Of a stretch of 64,000 bases of DNA, positions 1-14,879 are shown in pieces. The stretch covers positions 434,001 to 498,000 of the forward strand of contig NW_026782248.1 in assembly GCF_031769215.1 (NCBI RefSeq). The letters are read 5' to 3'. The notes under the pieces were generated by a model. That model saw only the letters and a program-made list of their open reading frames with translations. It ran no database searches and was not told the origin of the DNA. Every line of letters begins with the position of its first letter. Position 1 is the first letter of the stretch. The position numbers and the translations under genes are program-made. The DNA comes from Ylistrum balloti. Its lineage: Eukaryota.

Positions 1-39
1 ACAAGCAACAGCGAGACTGACGTTTTACAAGACATCTCT
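1..39 (-). CDS. Candidate coding exon with start codon and hydrophobic start (MSCKTSVSLLL...), running off the window
   Basis: Minus strand reads attttgtatttttacAG|AGAGATGTCTTGT..., a canonical acceptor (AG at 41-40) followed by ATG at 35-33 and an open signal-peptide-like frame. Too short to verify. Confidence 0.25.
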
Positions 40-126
40 CTGTAAAAATACAAAATTAATGTTGATCGGTGTACACTGTATACAGGCGCAAGGAGCAAGC
101 ACAACAAGTTATGATAAGGTTATGGT

Positions 127-2360
127 GATCGTGAACCAACACGACACACAGACAGCAGTAACGATTGTGAATCAACACGACACACAGACAGCAATAACGA
201 TTGTGAACCAACACGACACACAGACAGCAATAACGGTCGTGAACCAACACAACACAGAGACAGCAATAACGATCGTGAACCAACACGACACACAGACAGC
301 AATAACGATCGTGAACCAACACTTCACACAGACAGCAATAACGATCGTGAACCAACACGACACACAGACAGCAATAACGATCGTGAACCAACACGACACA
401 CAGACAGCAATAACGATCGTGAACCAACACGACACACAGACAGCAATAACGATCGTGAACCAACACGACACACAGACAGCAGTAACGACCGTGAACCATT
501 ACGACACACAGACAGCAATAATGTTCGTGAACCAACACCACACACAGACAGCAGTAACGACCATGAACCAACATGACACAGACAGCAATAACGATCGTGA
601 ACCAACACGACACACAGACAGCAATAACGATCGTGAACCAACACGACACACAGACAGCAATAACGATCGTGAACCAACATGACACCGACAGCAATAACGA
701 TCGTGAACCAACACGACACACAGACAGCAATAACGATCGTGAACAAACACGATACAGACAGCAATAACGATCGTGAACCAACACGACACACAGACAGCAA
801 TAACGACCGTGAACCAACATGACACACAGACAGCAATAACGATCGTGAAGCAACACGACACACAGACAGCAATAACGACCGTGAACCAACATGACACAGA
901 CAGCAATAACGATCGTGAACCAACACGACACACAGACAGCAATAACGATCGTGAACCAACACGACACACAGACAGCAATAACGACCGTGAACCAACATGA
1001 CACAGAGAGCAATAACGATCGTGAACCAACACGACACACAGACAGCAATAACGATCGTGAACCAACACGACACAGACAGCAATAACGACCGTGAACCAAC
1101 ACGACACACAGACAGCAATAACGATCGTGAACCAACACGACACACAGACAGCAATAACGATCGTGAACCAACATGACACACAGACAGCAATAATGATCGT
1201 GACCCAACACGACACACAGAGAGCAGTAACGTTCGTGAACCAACACGACACACAGACAGCAGTAACGACCGTGAACCAACACGACACACAGACAGCAATA
1301 ATGATCGTGAACCAACGCGACACACAGACAGCAGTAACGACCGTGAACCAACATAACACCGACAGCAATAACGATTGTGAACCGACAAGGCATACAGACA
1401 GCAATAACGATCGTGAACCAACACTTCACACAGACAGCAATAACGATCGTGAACAAACACGATACAGACAGCAGTAACGACCGTGAACCAACACGACACA
1501 CAGGCAGCAATAACGATCGTGAACCAACACGACACACAGACAGCAATAACGATCCTGAACCAACACGACACACAGACAGCAATAACGATCGTGAACCAAC
1601 ACGACACACAGACAGCAATAACGATCGTGAACCAACACGACACACAGACAGCAATAACGATCGTGAACCAACACGACACACAGACAGCAATAACGACCGT
1701 GAACCAACACGACACACAGACAGCAATAACGATCGTGAACCAACATGACACAGACAGCAATAACGATCGTGAACCAACATGACACACAGAGAGCAGTAAC
1801 GATCGTGAACCAACACGACACTGACAGCAATAACGATCGTGAACAAACACTTCACACAGGCAGCAATAACGATCGTGAACTAACACGACACACAGGCAGC
1901 AATAACGATCGTGAACCAACACGACACACAGACAGCAATAATGATCGTGAACAAACACGACACACAGAGAGCAGTAACGATCGTGAACCAACACGACAGA
2001 CAGCAATAACGATCGTGAACGAACATGACACAGACAGCAATAACGATCGTGAACCAACATGACACACAGAGAGCAGTAACGATCGTGAACCAACACGACA
2101 CACAGACAGCAATAACGATCGTGAACCAACATGACACAGACAGCAATAACGATCGTGAACCAACACGACACACAGACAGCAATAATGATCGTGACCCAAC
2201 ACGACACACAGAGAGCAGTAACGATCGTGAACCAACACGACACACAGACAGCAATAACGATCGTGAACCAACACGACACACAGACAGCAATAACGATCGT
2301 GAACCAACACTTCACACAGACAGCAATAACGGTCGTGAACCAACACGACACACAGACAGC
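127..2360. repeat. 36-bp minisatellite (34-bp variants interspersed), about 60 copies
   Basis: Unit acgacacacagacagcaataacgatcgtgaaccaac repeats directly. It explains all overlapping ORFs at 56-2475. Confidence 0.97.
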
Positions 2361-4749
2361 ATTATTGATACCTGTAGTATTTAGTTATATTTTGCACAAC
2401 ATACTTGACGAACGTTTACTACATTTGATATTTTCACCAAACAATCTTCCCTTTCCTATAATAACCGTGCTCTGACAACCCTACATTCCGATAATACCCC
2501 CACATGGACTACAAAGTATACATAATGTCCCTCATAACCATAGCCCTTCACTATATTCTCATGGGGGAAATTGTTTCTAGATGAAATTAGCCCACAGTAG
2601 CGTCTTAAGACTTGGGTTTAAGTTTCTCATCGATTATCGTTTTCCTCCTGTCTCCAGGCTTTTCAAAAGCCAATAACACACTCATTGTTCTGGCGTGGTC
2701 CTTCATAACATCAAAGCAGCGAATTAACCCGTTATATAATGTTTCCTCCGTATGTAAAGCCATTCGTTAATAGTTTAAGGTTATCTGTTAAAGACCTTAG
2801 AAAAAAGTAATTAAAAACGCGCGCACTCATATACATTTAATCAAAAAAAGATTAATTACTCATCGGTATAGTTGATAAATAATTTATTTCAACCTGCAGC
2901 AACTAAACTGTAATGTTAGGGACAATCTCCCCATGCGAGACGAGTGTTGTCGACAGGATATATTTATATAAGCCTCCTTTAAATTTGAAAGTGCTGAACT
3001 TAAGCCGACGTTATAGTGTTATCACACTGAAGTATATTGTATACAGCGGAAGGCCATCCCACCGGTCATATTATACTGACTACAGGTGAACCAGTTGTTA
3101 CACTAACAAAATACCGTGGTCCTATCTTTTGTATCACCTCAGGTGCATCAGCTGCCGAAAACGTGCTGATTATCATCGTCACACCATCACGTTTTTTTCT
3201 ATTTATAGAATTATCGTTTTAGAGTTTGTAAACGATAGCATTTAACCGGGTTAATGTAAAGGATAAAAAAAATGTTCCTCATTTTTCAATGGATGGAAAG
3301 TTACTGTTTTAATCATAGACTACCAGAACAATGTATATTGTGGTATACCTACACAATCACACTAACTGCTCAAGTCAGCGGCAGCAATTTTAATCTGAAG
3401 TCAATATATCGTTTAAAACATATTTTGATTCTAAAAAAACAAGGGAATTTTCAAAACCTAACATCACTGTTGACATCATCACACGCTTTGTTGCCCACAA
3501 AATTAAGATATTCAGATATCAGACACAGAGGAGATTTTGTATTATGCATTGAAATTATTACTGTGTAATCACACCAGTGAAAATGTCAAATTATCACATT
3601 CCTAACTGATTCGTGACAGAATACACAGCCACAAATAAATATAAATAAATCCCTTTCTCCCGGTATAACAAAAACAAACAAAACTTTGATGAAACAACAG
3701 AACAAACACTTGTAATAAACACTGGACACGATCATCTATACAGGTAAACACGTGACACTCAATTTATGACAGATTGAACAAAAGCGTGACCTGCAGCCAT
3801 GTTTGGTTGCCAAGGCAACGCCTGTCGTTTACGTCATATCAACTGACTGGCAGGAATAACGATAATGTAATAACTACAAATCGTGACGTCAACAACGGTT
3901 ACTTTATACAGAGAATCTTTTGTTCTTTTCGCCCATGAACAAGAAGGAATTATTTAAGTTTGGGACAAAAAATTGTTTCTTTGATAACTCTTTCATATAA
4001 TCCCCAGAGGACGAAATGAACATGAGGCGAATTCATGTATCATCGTACAAGGGTGAAAATAAACTGGGATGAAAATATTTTGGTATATTCTGGGCCTGTA
4101 TCCCCGCACCTTGTACACAGGAGCTTGACGAAACGATTCGATCACTCTAAAATTTCTGAAAATGGGTTTTTTTCTAGAATCTACAAACATTTATTTGGAC
4201 AATTCCACGAAAATGAGAATTATTCATACCAAACTGTATACCCTTCCAGATAGATAATTGTTAAATATCATAATAAACCTCTTCATGTTACAGGCTATAT
4301 GTTTAGAGCAAAGGGGAAATGAGAAATCCTGGAGTTGTTTTTCCCTTTTCCCAGTATTCTACCGGCAGTATTTCAAAAGACGCCGTTAAAATGTCTTGAA
4401 CAATTCAACTTACACAATAACTTTGAAAGTTTTACAAATTAAATTACTTTATCAAACTTTATAACACTTAACTACACCATGTGTTTGGTCAAACTCAGCC
4501 ACAGCACTTTGGTTTAAATATTTTCATATATTCGACCATAATGACCTTGAAAATTCCCGAACGTCATTTATGTTATTCAAAACGAGGCCGGACGGAGGTA
4601 TGGACGGAAGGATGTCGATTCACAGCAACAGGTCACCAATAACACCGCCCATGTCATTTAGATAGAAAGGTGGGCTTAAATCTTAGACCTTTGAGTTGAG
4701 TTACTAGACACAAAAATAGAACTAAAATTCTAAAAATAAATCAAAGGTC

Positions 4750-5380
4750 AAACAAGAGGACAAGCGGCCTTGAGGGTCACACGAGATAAGCAATATTGAA
4801 TATAAATGTTATAGGCTGAGTAGCTTTCAAGTGTCATGAAAAAGGAAATTGTAACATCGATGATGATAACACTTAAGTGATGCTTTATAAGCCCTTGGAG
4901 GTCTGCCAGTGTCATTACATGCATACCATGAAAACTATTATCCTATACTATTATGATAAAGTCATTTCAAGTGGAAACTAAACAATGTTAAAATGTACAT
5001 TGTACATTCTTCTATAATTTATGGTAAATTTAACCCCCTCCCCAGGGAAAATGCGAGACCCTGGGGTCTTAAAATCATAGTTAAAGAACCTTAAAATGCT
5101 TCCACACATGAAATGTATTTGATTCTACAATAAATGGGTGTTGACCATATTTTCAAAAATTTGAGTCAATTTGACATATTTTGGCCCCACCCCTCAGGTC
5201 CCTGGGGGTGGGGACCGTATTATTTTTTATTTTGGTTTACCTTTGGCCAGGAAAGGTTTTTGGAAAATTTCACTGAAATCGGTTCAGGGGATTTTAAGAA
5301 AAAGTCGAAAATGTTCAAAGTTTATGGACGCAGGACGCACAACGCCGTACAATAGGCGATCGCAATATGTCACCATAAGG
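4750..5380 (+). mobile_element. Non-autonomous interspersed repeat of the 'aacaagagg...aaagttta-ggacg' type
   Basis: Starts aacaagagg, contains the ttttggccccacccc...ggggtgggg hairpin, and ends with aaagtttatggacgcaggacgc. Same layout as 22010-22960. Family assignment is from recall. Confidence 0.5.
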
Positions 5381-7929
5381 ATTCCTATTCCAGAAAAAAA
5401 ACATTTGAATCCCAAAAATAGATTTACAAATATATATCCAAACATTAACCCACTAGAATGTATCGAAACGAGGTTTACATGCAGACACTCTTTCTATTGA
5501 CGGGAACAAGCCAGCACTTCATGATCGACAATGTTCCGAAATCCACTCCAATTCATACTAATTCAAACGAAATATGATCGAATTGGATAAAAAGGCCACA
5601 AGCGTGAGAGATGACGTAATACTTTGACGTGTAGGGAGATGATTACTGTTCCTATCAGGACAAAAATCAAATATGTCTAACAGCTCTGTCTCCATTTTAG
5701 ATATCGAGTCGTATGTTCTGAGTCCGTATCGGAAGGATAAATGTAAAATACGGAATGACAATAAGAAGCGGGACGAACATAATTCAGACAAATTAATTAC
5801 AGTGGTATATGCTTAGCCGGGAGTTTGTAGAAATGGGACGCGGGAAAGCAGGGTTAGCTTTGTATAACATGCCATTTGATATGAAACTCATATTCATTCC
5901 CTTATATCAACTTACTGCAGCTTTTCACCACATTTTATACCACACGAAGCGCTGATTTTACTTGCAATTATGATAATTGTGTTGATTGTGTTTATCGGCG
6001 ATGATTTGTCTTCAAATTTATGAACTGATGGAAAAATAAGAACACTAATTCCTTGACATAATGACACCATTCAGTGGACGGATGAAAAACATCTTTTTGA
6101 ATACAACAGAAGGCAAACTTGGATCAGACGGGGGCATTGATTCCGTAATTTATACATAACATATCCACAGGCAACAATTTGTTCTGCCAAACAACATACA
6201 AGCATAATGAATAATTTGTATATTTTGTCACAAAAAGATACATAACAATACAGATCAGCACGAAGTTTAGTAATAAAACGCCAATAAATCAGTATCGAAA
6301 GTGTCTTGATTCACTGTGTAGTGTAGACATACATAGCCCCTGGCCATCCTGTGTCATGCACTGTATGCTTTGCCAATGACTGCCACTGTAATGCCACATT
6401 AACACATTATAACCTTGGAATTGTACCTGCAGGTCGTAGTTCCAACACAACATATATAAACAACTGTCTATTTTGATTGATTGACCACTAATAATGTAAG
6501 TCAATTCTAATATATAGAATGCCTGCCCAGATCTGTCAAAATTTTCCGGAATGATGTGTCCAAAATTTAAAAAATGAAAAAAGAGAAATTGGTTCAGTTA
6601 TGCGTGTTGTTAGAGCACTACATTACGACCCCGTGATGCAAATGCAGGGAGGGGCATTCCTATAACCTATAATTAAGTCCATTCGTTTCATTCTATCAGT
6701 ATGTTGTTTAGCGATAAGCTTGGTAGCCAATGGGGGAGGGGCGTGTGAACATGTTTCCAGATTGTAGAGAAATATGGCAACATTTCTTGTGTTTAAATGT
6801 CTTTTGACTAGATGTGTTACAGGCGATTTCAGTTGGATATGAGCAGAGCAGAAAAGATTCATGACTTTAAATAACGCCACCAGGGAACAGGGGCGAGCGT
6901 TGAACAATCTAGAGACAGGATGTGACGGGGCACTGTAGTGCACGGCGCGTAGGGCCCACCACTGGATAAAGCCTTATTATAAATTTGCACAAAATGTAGA
7001 GACAGCTAAACGTAAATGCATTGTATCCATCTGTCTGGTATACCTGTTTTATAGGAGTCAAGTTATCAAGTTCTTCAAAATTAAATATTTGTTTTCAATT
7101 AAGCACCCTGAGATAGTGAGGGACCTCCGTGAAACCAGGAACTACCTCCTTCTCCAACTAGAAAGGTCTTTATAATAATACACAGCGGGGAACACATATA
7201 CAGATCTAAAAAATACAATCTCCATTTATCGAAGTGACATCTATGAAACCAGGTTAATACTTCTTTCAGAATCAACCTTCCTCGTAATACTTCTGGATAC
7301 AAACACATGTGATTTTTTCATCTTAAATTAAACATTTCAATTGGTGTTTTAGAGCATTTTTAAAACACTGTATACATCGAGTTGTTCTCTACAAAAGTAC
7401 ATAAATTTTCAACTAATATTATGATTTTTCAAAATTTTTCGAGTACATAACATGATTCCCAAAAGAATACTTACATGCTTATTATAACAAATACAACAAA
7501 AATTAAACTTCCGGAGTTTTCTGTAGGAAAAGAACGATAAAAATCTACCTTTGTTTTTGAAATTTCCGGTAAACAATCCACAGACGGTATCCTTGTTCTG
7601 TAACGGTATGCCGTACACACCTGATCTGATCGCCTCAGTTACTAACTGACCCCGACAGGTATGTATTATGTCACAGTCACCTGTGTTTAGGTAAATGCAG
7701 GTAAATATAGCACAGGAGAGAGTTAATGCATTTATTTTTGATGCCACTTCATACTCGGTCTTAAAAATGGAGACTATTTGAACAGAACGTCTGAGTGTCT
7801 CGATATCGGCTGGGTTTTTAATGCAATGAAACTCCAATTCTTCGTCTACACATCAATGTGTCGTGATATCTTGTGGCACTATAAACGGCTACTGGTGGTA
7901 GTTAAATTTGTAAACGTCCCCATCGTATC

Positions 7930-8180
7930 CAATGGTGTCACGTGACTCGTTGTATAGACGTGAAACTTAAAAAGATATAAAAAAAAAAATCATTTAAAAT
8001 GTCTACTGTGGATTGACAAAAGTCTTTTGGAGACGAAAACATAACATAAATACTATGTGGGATTGTCAATGGGATATTTTGCATATTCACTGACGTAAGT
8101 GGTTGAAAAATTGCTGTCAGGGGCGATATGGGGCGGATAATGGTGGTGGAAGGGGTTGGGGGAGGTGTGGGGGCGTGGCG
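7930..8180. promoter_or_regulatory. Promoter-like motif cluster
   Basis: Palindromic E-box gtcacgtgac at 7937-7946, a tgacgt CRE half-site near 8092, and GC boxes ggggcgg and gggggcgtgg in an otherwise AT-rich context. Confidence 0.3.
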
Positions 8181-8534
8181 ATTGTAAAAGTTAATCGTTA
8201 TAATGGTTTGTTACATTGCTTCGCGCTATGAATGTGTCGTATTGTATAACTATCGTCAACCCTAAACAAATTTGACAAGCACAAAATCTGGAAATGATTA
8301 AATGATGTTTGTGCGTGGAACAAACACCACTAATCGTCGTTTATACATTATATCTTTATATAATTGAAAATTTCCCCGCTATCTTGACATACACTGCCTA
8401 TTAATTTTTCTTTTAATCCAAGATAACACACAAGCGGAATTTTGAACAATATTTTATGTGTACTTAGGAACAGCAATTTATCATGATGCTTGTCCTTGAG
8501 ATACAGCCATGACAGAACAAGGCTATCCCTGAAC

Positions 8535-8610
8535 CTTTGTTTGGGATCGAACCAAGGTCTCCAGTCTGCACCAAAGTCTTTACTCTGATGCTGTTTCGAC
8601 TCTATCTCGG
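8535..8610 (-). mobile_element. Degenerate tRNA-derived SINE head
   Basis: Minus strand gagaccttGGTTCGATCCC is a Pol III B-box/T-arm (plus 8543-8553). No full cloverleaf. Confidence 0.35.
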
Positions 8611-11414
8611 TACATGGGCTCTCTGGGAATAAGGATGTTTAATAGCGGTATGTATATACACTCAAAATTTCTCAAATTAATTTTTTGTATCACGATGTCA
8701 TACAAACATGTGTTATCCAGATACACTTATAGTGTAGACATCATCAATTTTGTTTCGTTTAGATTCCAGTTCATGAACGTCTCGTTTTATAATTCCACAA
8801 TAATTAGTTAAATAGAGAACCTGAAAGTTTGCGCTTTGAAGGGAAATAGTTTCTTCAATAGGCCTAAACATGTTGAAAAATCGTAACTCAAGATAAAAAT
8901 CAATAAAACCGCACTGCTTTATGGACTAACTGCAAAAATAAAGAGTCAAACAATTTCAAGTCATGAACAACTGAAACAATATAAATGTAAACAAGAGTAA
9001 ACAACCCCGGAAGTCAACCAAGAATGAGCGTGAGTCAGCATGAACGTTTTGCCCAAATTAACCACCAAGATCACTTTTGTCCACTTACCGGGTCGATGAA
9101 AACCAATTGATTTCCTTGCTGTCTGACTTTGTTAGCCTGATAAATGTCGAACGGAATTAGCCTGTATGTCACTCTATCATGACAATTCACTAGTAAACTT
9201 AATTCTTCTTATAGCCTATTAGTTCCTGGTTTTGACCTAACAGGCAAAGAATCTGGAAACAAATACTTGCGTTGTGTCTACACTTAGTTTTAAATGTATC
9301 ACTTATCTTGTCGTCTCTATAGCATTTCTAAACTTACAAACAAGTACTGCTTTTATTCGACAAACGATAATTAATACTCTTTGCTCAAACTAATACCAGA
9401 GAAAGAGGATCACGTGTAAAACTAAAAATAGATTTAGAGAATGCCAAAGGCAAAAAATGCTACAACTCTAAAAAAAATACCGTTTCTTGAAAAAAAATCA
9501 GGAAAGAGCACAATCGATCATTGAAAAAGACAAGAAAATCACCTACAAGTAGCGTGTCCGATGTGATTGTACTTTCTTTGCTGGAATGCAGCATGATACC
9601 CCCTATAATGATGACAAAACACCAGTGCTACCAAATTTTCCACTTTATCATATTTTCCTTAACAAAACTTTCTCCCTCATATTTTCCACAACAAAATATT
9701 CCGTATGTCATTTTTTCCCTTGGAAAGACTTTGTGTCTATCTTAGATTTCCATTCACGACGTGAAAATACGACACGTCTCATCAGAATGATCTTTAGGCA
9801 ACAAATTCAATGCACATATCATTAAACATTTGTAGACTGGGTTTGAGGTCAACATGTATTATGTGAAACTAGAGGACTAGACATTTGCCTGAAGCCGAAT
9901 TTTGTCCCAGGGTTCGACCGAAGGCAAACGTTTGGACCGATGGTTCAACATAACATGTCTACAAATGTTTTGTTATACCTTCAACCGTTGATATCTGAGA
10001 AAACGAATCATTGTAAATAAAAATAAATGATAATGGCGGAAATTGTCGATTAAACCCGGAAAGTACCGAACAGTAATGAGTTGTGACGTAAGCAGCCGAC
10101 ATTGAGATGTTGACCGGTAACCATGGTTCTGGAGCAAACAACTGGATGTCAGGCTGTATTCACTATAGAAAAGTATGGAGTAAAGATATAAATATTCTTT
10201 GATTCCGTATATTTTAAATTCATCGACAATCCGCCAAATATGCCAATATTGATTTGCGTCAATAAATTTCATTGGAATATCTGACAACATTAGCGATGTG
10301 TCAGCCCATTTCAATGGATAGACGTGTTACACCAGTAGTCATAACGATTGTTCTGGTGATTAATTAAACGCCCATCGATTAACTAAGTTACGTAACAAGG
10401 ATCGAGACACGCCAAAATTTTGTCTACATACGTTTCGTGATTGAGTGCTATCAGCTTTATACTTATCAACCCACTCATCGCCGTAATTTCAGAACTTTAA
10501 TGGATATCGACCAGATTTCGTAATTGGTCGCCCATTACAATTTATTGTCACTTCTATAGGCAATCTTGGTATTCACATGTCAACACTATTCATTGCTTTT
10601 CTAAACTGCCATTATTTCCTTACGATTTAATATTTGCATGCATTGTAATGTTCAGAAAAAAAATAGACTCGAAAGTATCCTGGTCGCTATGACTTGAAAA
10701 TAAACATAACACTACAGCAGTAATGTTAGCGTGGAAAAAAATGCATAATGTGAAAATTTGATTTTAAAGTTTTCCTTAGATCTTATTTCAGTAAGAAAGA
10801 GACAATAAATACATGACCATTTCAACGATACAAGAGAACGTTTTCTCCACACGGCGATACAAATGTATCAGATTATATATATAGACGAACAAAGTTTATT
10901 TCAATTCCCTAGATTCACATCCAGGAGTAGTAAGGAGAGAATGTGAAAAAGATTCACAAAAGTGCAGGGTTGTCAGCCTGCAGTCAACGTAAAATTTCCT
11001 GATTTTTCACTGACATTTCCAGGACCAAATTTAATTTTCTCCTGACCAAAATAAGTAAATTTTAACGCCCTCCACGCACGCACCTGCAGCCGTCCTGTCC
11101 ACCCATCTCTTAAGAACTTCCAATTTATCCAATGACAGTCACGTTTATCTCAATGATAAGAAAATGGTTTGTCGCTCAGAGTTGAATAAGGCGTAAAATG
11201 GAGGCTAGACTTTCGTCAATATAATGTGACTGGGACATAATGCTAACATGTCCAGGTTAGGACATTTCAGGGTAACAACACTTTAACACATCTGCCAATG
11301 GTCCCGTCGTTCGTGGACAAAGCCTTCTCTAAGGCCCGTGATTTTAGTAAGCTCTATGCACTACCGACAGATCTATTTTCGTTCGGGTTAAACCCTAAAT
11401 GTGTATAAAAGATC

Positions 11415-11670
11415 GGCGTGGTTAGAGACCCGGGTTCGATTCCCTGTCGGATCACTCGTGTGTGTATTTATATCCCTGTTCCTGTTGATTCAAGTTGACA
11501 CCCAACGAAATCTTACTGGTTGCGGTTTTTAGTGTCGGGCTCAGATTAAGAAAACCGAAAAAGAGCAGTTTGGTGAGGCTTGCTCATGGAACTAAATACA
11601 GTTTCTGTCATTCTGCTGGTAAAACCATGGATTATCACGCTACAGACACGAGTTTGATTCCTGGTCGGGA
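11415..11670 (+). mobile_element. Two degenerate tRNA-like (SINE) T-arm segments
   Basis: gagacccgGGTTCGATTCCC at about 11425-11444, and tcacgctacagacacgagtttgattcctggtcggga at about 11634-11670, which resembles the 3' half of tRNA-Asp. No intact tRNA. Confidence 0.35.
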
Positions 11671-12949
11671 AATTCAGAAGGAAACGGGGGAAATTCCAAA
11701 ATGAATGAAAATGAATTCAAATTGCAATATTCTGAGCTAAATAAATACAAAAAAGACAAGTATACATGGGTACACATAGCGTTACTTGTACAGCTGTGAT
11801 CTCAATACACATCGACATAGTCGAGGCTTGCCCTGGTCGATAACTTTACAAATAGTACAGGCTGTGATGTAGTAAACAACCTGCAGTCCAAACACCGTAA
11901 TGAAACGCAGTTGATTCTCAATTCTAAATAATTACGTTAAGTTTTGTGACGAGACCGCTTCATATTGATAGCTTTATTGTATATCAGGTATTGACATGCA
12001 ATGCCGCGTTATTGTTGGTTTGTCAAATTGCCCATTCAGAATTAAACCGACTCGTTATAAATAAAGGCTTTCATGTCTTGTACTAGAAATCTAAGATGAC
12101 AACTCGTGACATTGTCTTTTTGTATTTATCAATTATTGCCATCACCCAGGGCGATTAAAAAATAAACATATTCATTTCAGGAAAAAAAATTGCTGAAAAA
12201 TGCACATTACATCCAACTTCGGGCTCCCAGAGTGTAAAAAGTCTCGTGCGTGTAGGCTAATCGCATGTTGCAATAGTTAAATCCCTAAAGGTGCAATTTT
12301 TCATGCAGATTAATATCAAAGTGACGTGGTTGAAATTGTATACGGGAAGATGCATACATATTTCGCGGTAACCTGAGAAAGAGAAGTGCCTGCGTTGTAA
12401 TGGAAAATGTCCAGGAGGTAGTCTGGTTACCAGGTAATGACACACGATGTCCTTCTCTATGAGCGTCAATGTTTTGTACCTGTCTAAACCAGGTCCTAGT
12501 CATGACGCGGCGACACAATCAACAGATAAGAAAATGAAACAAGAGTTTTCGATCAATTTTGCCGTACTGGGTTTGCAATATCAATATTTATCGATAATAC
12601 GTTTTTTCAATATCTTTACAATGCTCGCATTTATAGATAGAGCTATTCTCATTATCACCACTATTATAATATGTGCAAACTCTATTAATTTTTTTTAATA
12701 TTATTAAATCTACCGGTTTCAGTTTACAATCAATGGGGTAACAAGCTACTTAACACCTAGACGACAACTCGTCCAAGCCTATATATTCATGCTGAAAAAA
12801 AAATCAATCGTCCTAAATTGAATTTAATTCAGTATAAACACTCCATCGTCCAATATTGAATATTTTGAAAGACATGGGATTAAAAATTTCTAAACCTTTG
12901 ATAATGAAAACTCCTGTGTCAACAAATCGTGACCACAAGCATATCTCAT

Positions 12950-14030
12950 GCATTAGAATAATAATTTCTCAAACAATTTGCCCGCTGTTTAATTTTCTCT
13001 CGATTCGGCAGATAACACATTTAAAAAAGTTAAAAAAAAAAACATGTTTGTCCAGGGTATAATTACTAGCATTCTTTCTTCTCCTGAAATTTATTTCAAA
13101 ACGTTTAGGATTCTTTTTCCTCATAAAGTTCAATACATTACCTCGGTGTGTTTTGTACTCCCGTTTCAATTTCAATTCCATTTTCTTAAAGCTAGTTTTT
13201 TTTCAGAAACAGTAATTTTGTGAGTTTTCTCGTTCTTACAAGAATTAAATTCAAATGACATCTTCTTATATTCATTGATCTTAATTTACAAAGAGCACTG
13301 AACATGGCTTATCGTCGTCTTCTGTACATTTTTTCTTACGTTCAGAAATTATAACAACACTAAGAGGTAATTACAATTACTTATGACAAGTACTTTCTAA
13401 TAAATGACATAAAGTTGTTGAGTTACTATCGTTCCATTTAACACGTGCCATGGTCTTCTTAGTATAGTTTTCTTCTTTGCCATGTTTTGGTACACTAGAG
13501 CTCAAATTGATACACCGGAAATTGATCAAATAAAGAATAAATACTCTTCTATCAAGGTGAACAATATTCTTTAAGGACATTATCAAACGCTAGAACGTTA
13601 TCAAAAAAGACTACCCCTCTACTGTTAAACAACATAATACAACCGTAATGATAACGTTTATGGCTTCAGTTTGCAATTCTAAGGCATGTAGTTTTACATA
13701 AGGATATCATTCTTCAACCAAACTGACTTATAACCCCGTCTGAATTAATTAGAACGTTCTGTAGTATCAGAATCGGGTCCATAATGTAATACATTGGACA
13801 GAACATCTACAGAACAGTCTCTCGAATACATCCGTACTAACAGAGTTGCTATAACTGTCTGTTTTACTACTAAAATCACAAAGAGCTAAAACTTTACCAA
13901 TATCTTTATACTGACATACCAGACAGACGAATATGTCATTCTAATCTTTTTTTAATAGAAAGTACAATTTACAGGCGGGAAATAACAGGCAATATATACA
14001 AATCAAGATTTTCATGAAATAAAACAGAAA
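12950..14030 (-). pseudogene. LINE ORF2 remnant (APE endonuclease C-terminal half and linker)
   Basis: YKDIGKVLALCDFSSKT (GDFNSRT-like), SDGVISQFG*RMISLCKTTCLRIAN* (D..N.FG..L..LCK..L.I.NGR-like), ARVKWNDS and LNFMRKKNPKRF. Multiple stops and frameshifts. Confidence 0.7.
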
Positions 14031-14879
14031 ATTAAGTACAAATACAAAATTGTCAATCATATTATCAATTATATTACAGTGACAAGTTATAGTTGACGTA
14101 ACAAAAACAACAATGCCATCTCTTTTGTCGTATAATCTGGGGAAAATATGGCTTTCCTAACCTTCTGATTCAACATCTTCGTTGATACAAACATATGATG
14201 TAATGATTATTTAAAATATTTCCAAAATTACGAGAATAAAAACTGACCAGAAATTGACTTACATGTATTCGAAGATATTATGGAAATACCCTCCTCATCA
14301 TCCTAATATGGATTGTGTCGTGAGTCATGCAAATTAAAGTCTTTTCGCGGTGATGTGTTTATCGAAAATCTGACATAACTTGATTTGGTATCGGACTTCC
14401 TCTGTTCCGGCAGATCACTCGAATGTCCACCTCTTGGCTTCTGGTTCTGGTTCCGGTACCAGCGGTCGGTTTACAAACAGAAGTAGATCGTTGACTCAGC
14501 GAACGAGACATGTTTGGTTCATGAAGTTGCTACGCGGGAGTATTCGACTGTCTACCGGGAACTCGCGGTCAGTGAATCTCGGCCCTATCAATAAAGACTG
14601 ATAGAAAGTAGGACGCGGTACTGAAATCTTCGGATGATTGTTCAGAGTAGATGACCTAGTTGCGAGTACAGTTCCAGATGAGTCTGAATAACGAATTGAC
14701 TTTGATTCGGTCACATTTTCGATGGGAGAGACAACAGACTTTGTCGCTTGGATACTCAGCTGTTATGTTACATGGAGCAGCAGTCAATAAGCCATGCCAA
14801 TAAGCAGAGCCCGAACAACATCATAAGAATAACTTCGCTTCAACTTTGTATCCATCGAATATCTATCAGAGACTAAGTT

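Noticed and set aside
56-2475. Long ORFs of up to 675 aa
   Set aside because: They are translations of the 36-bp minisatellite, open in several frames on both strands.
7409-7837. 142-aa minus-strand ORF
   Set aside because: No recognisable domain or supporting splice structure, and the length is attainable by chance.
9735-9792. Possible second hammerhead (minus strand CUGAUGA-GACGUG-loop-CACGUC)
   Set aside because: The stem is followed by GUGAAUG rather than GAAA, and I could not form stems I and III with an NUH site. It is a simple hairpin or at best a dead remnant.
11415-11670. Functional tRNA genes
   Set aside because: Only T-arm/B-box similarity is present, with no complete cloverleaf or acceptor stem.
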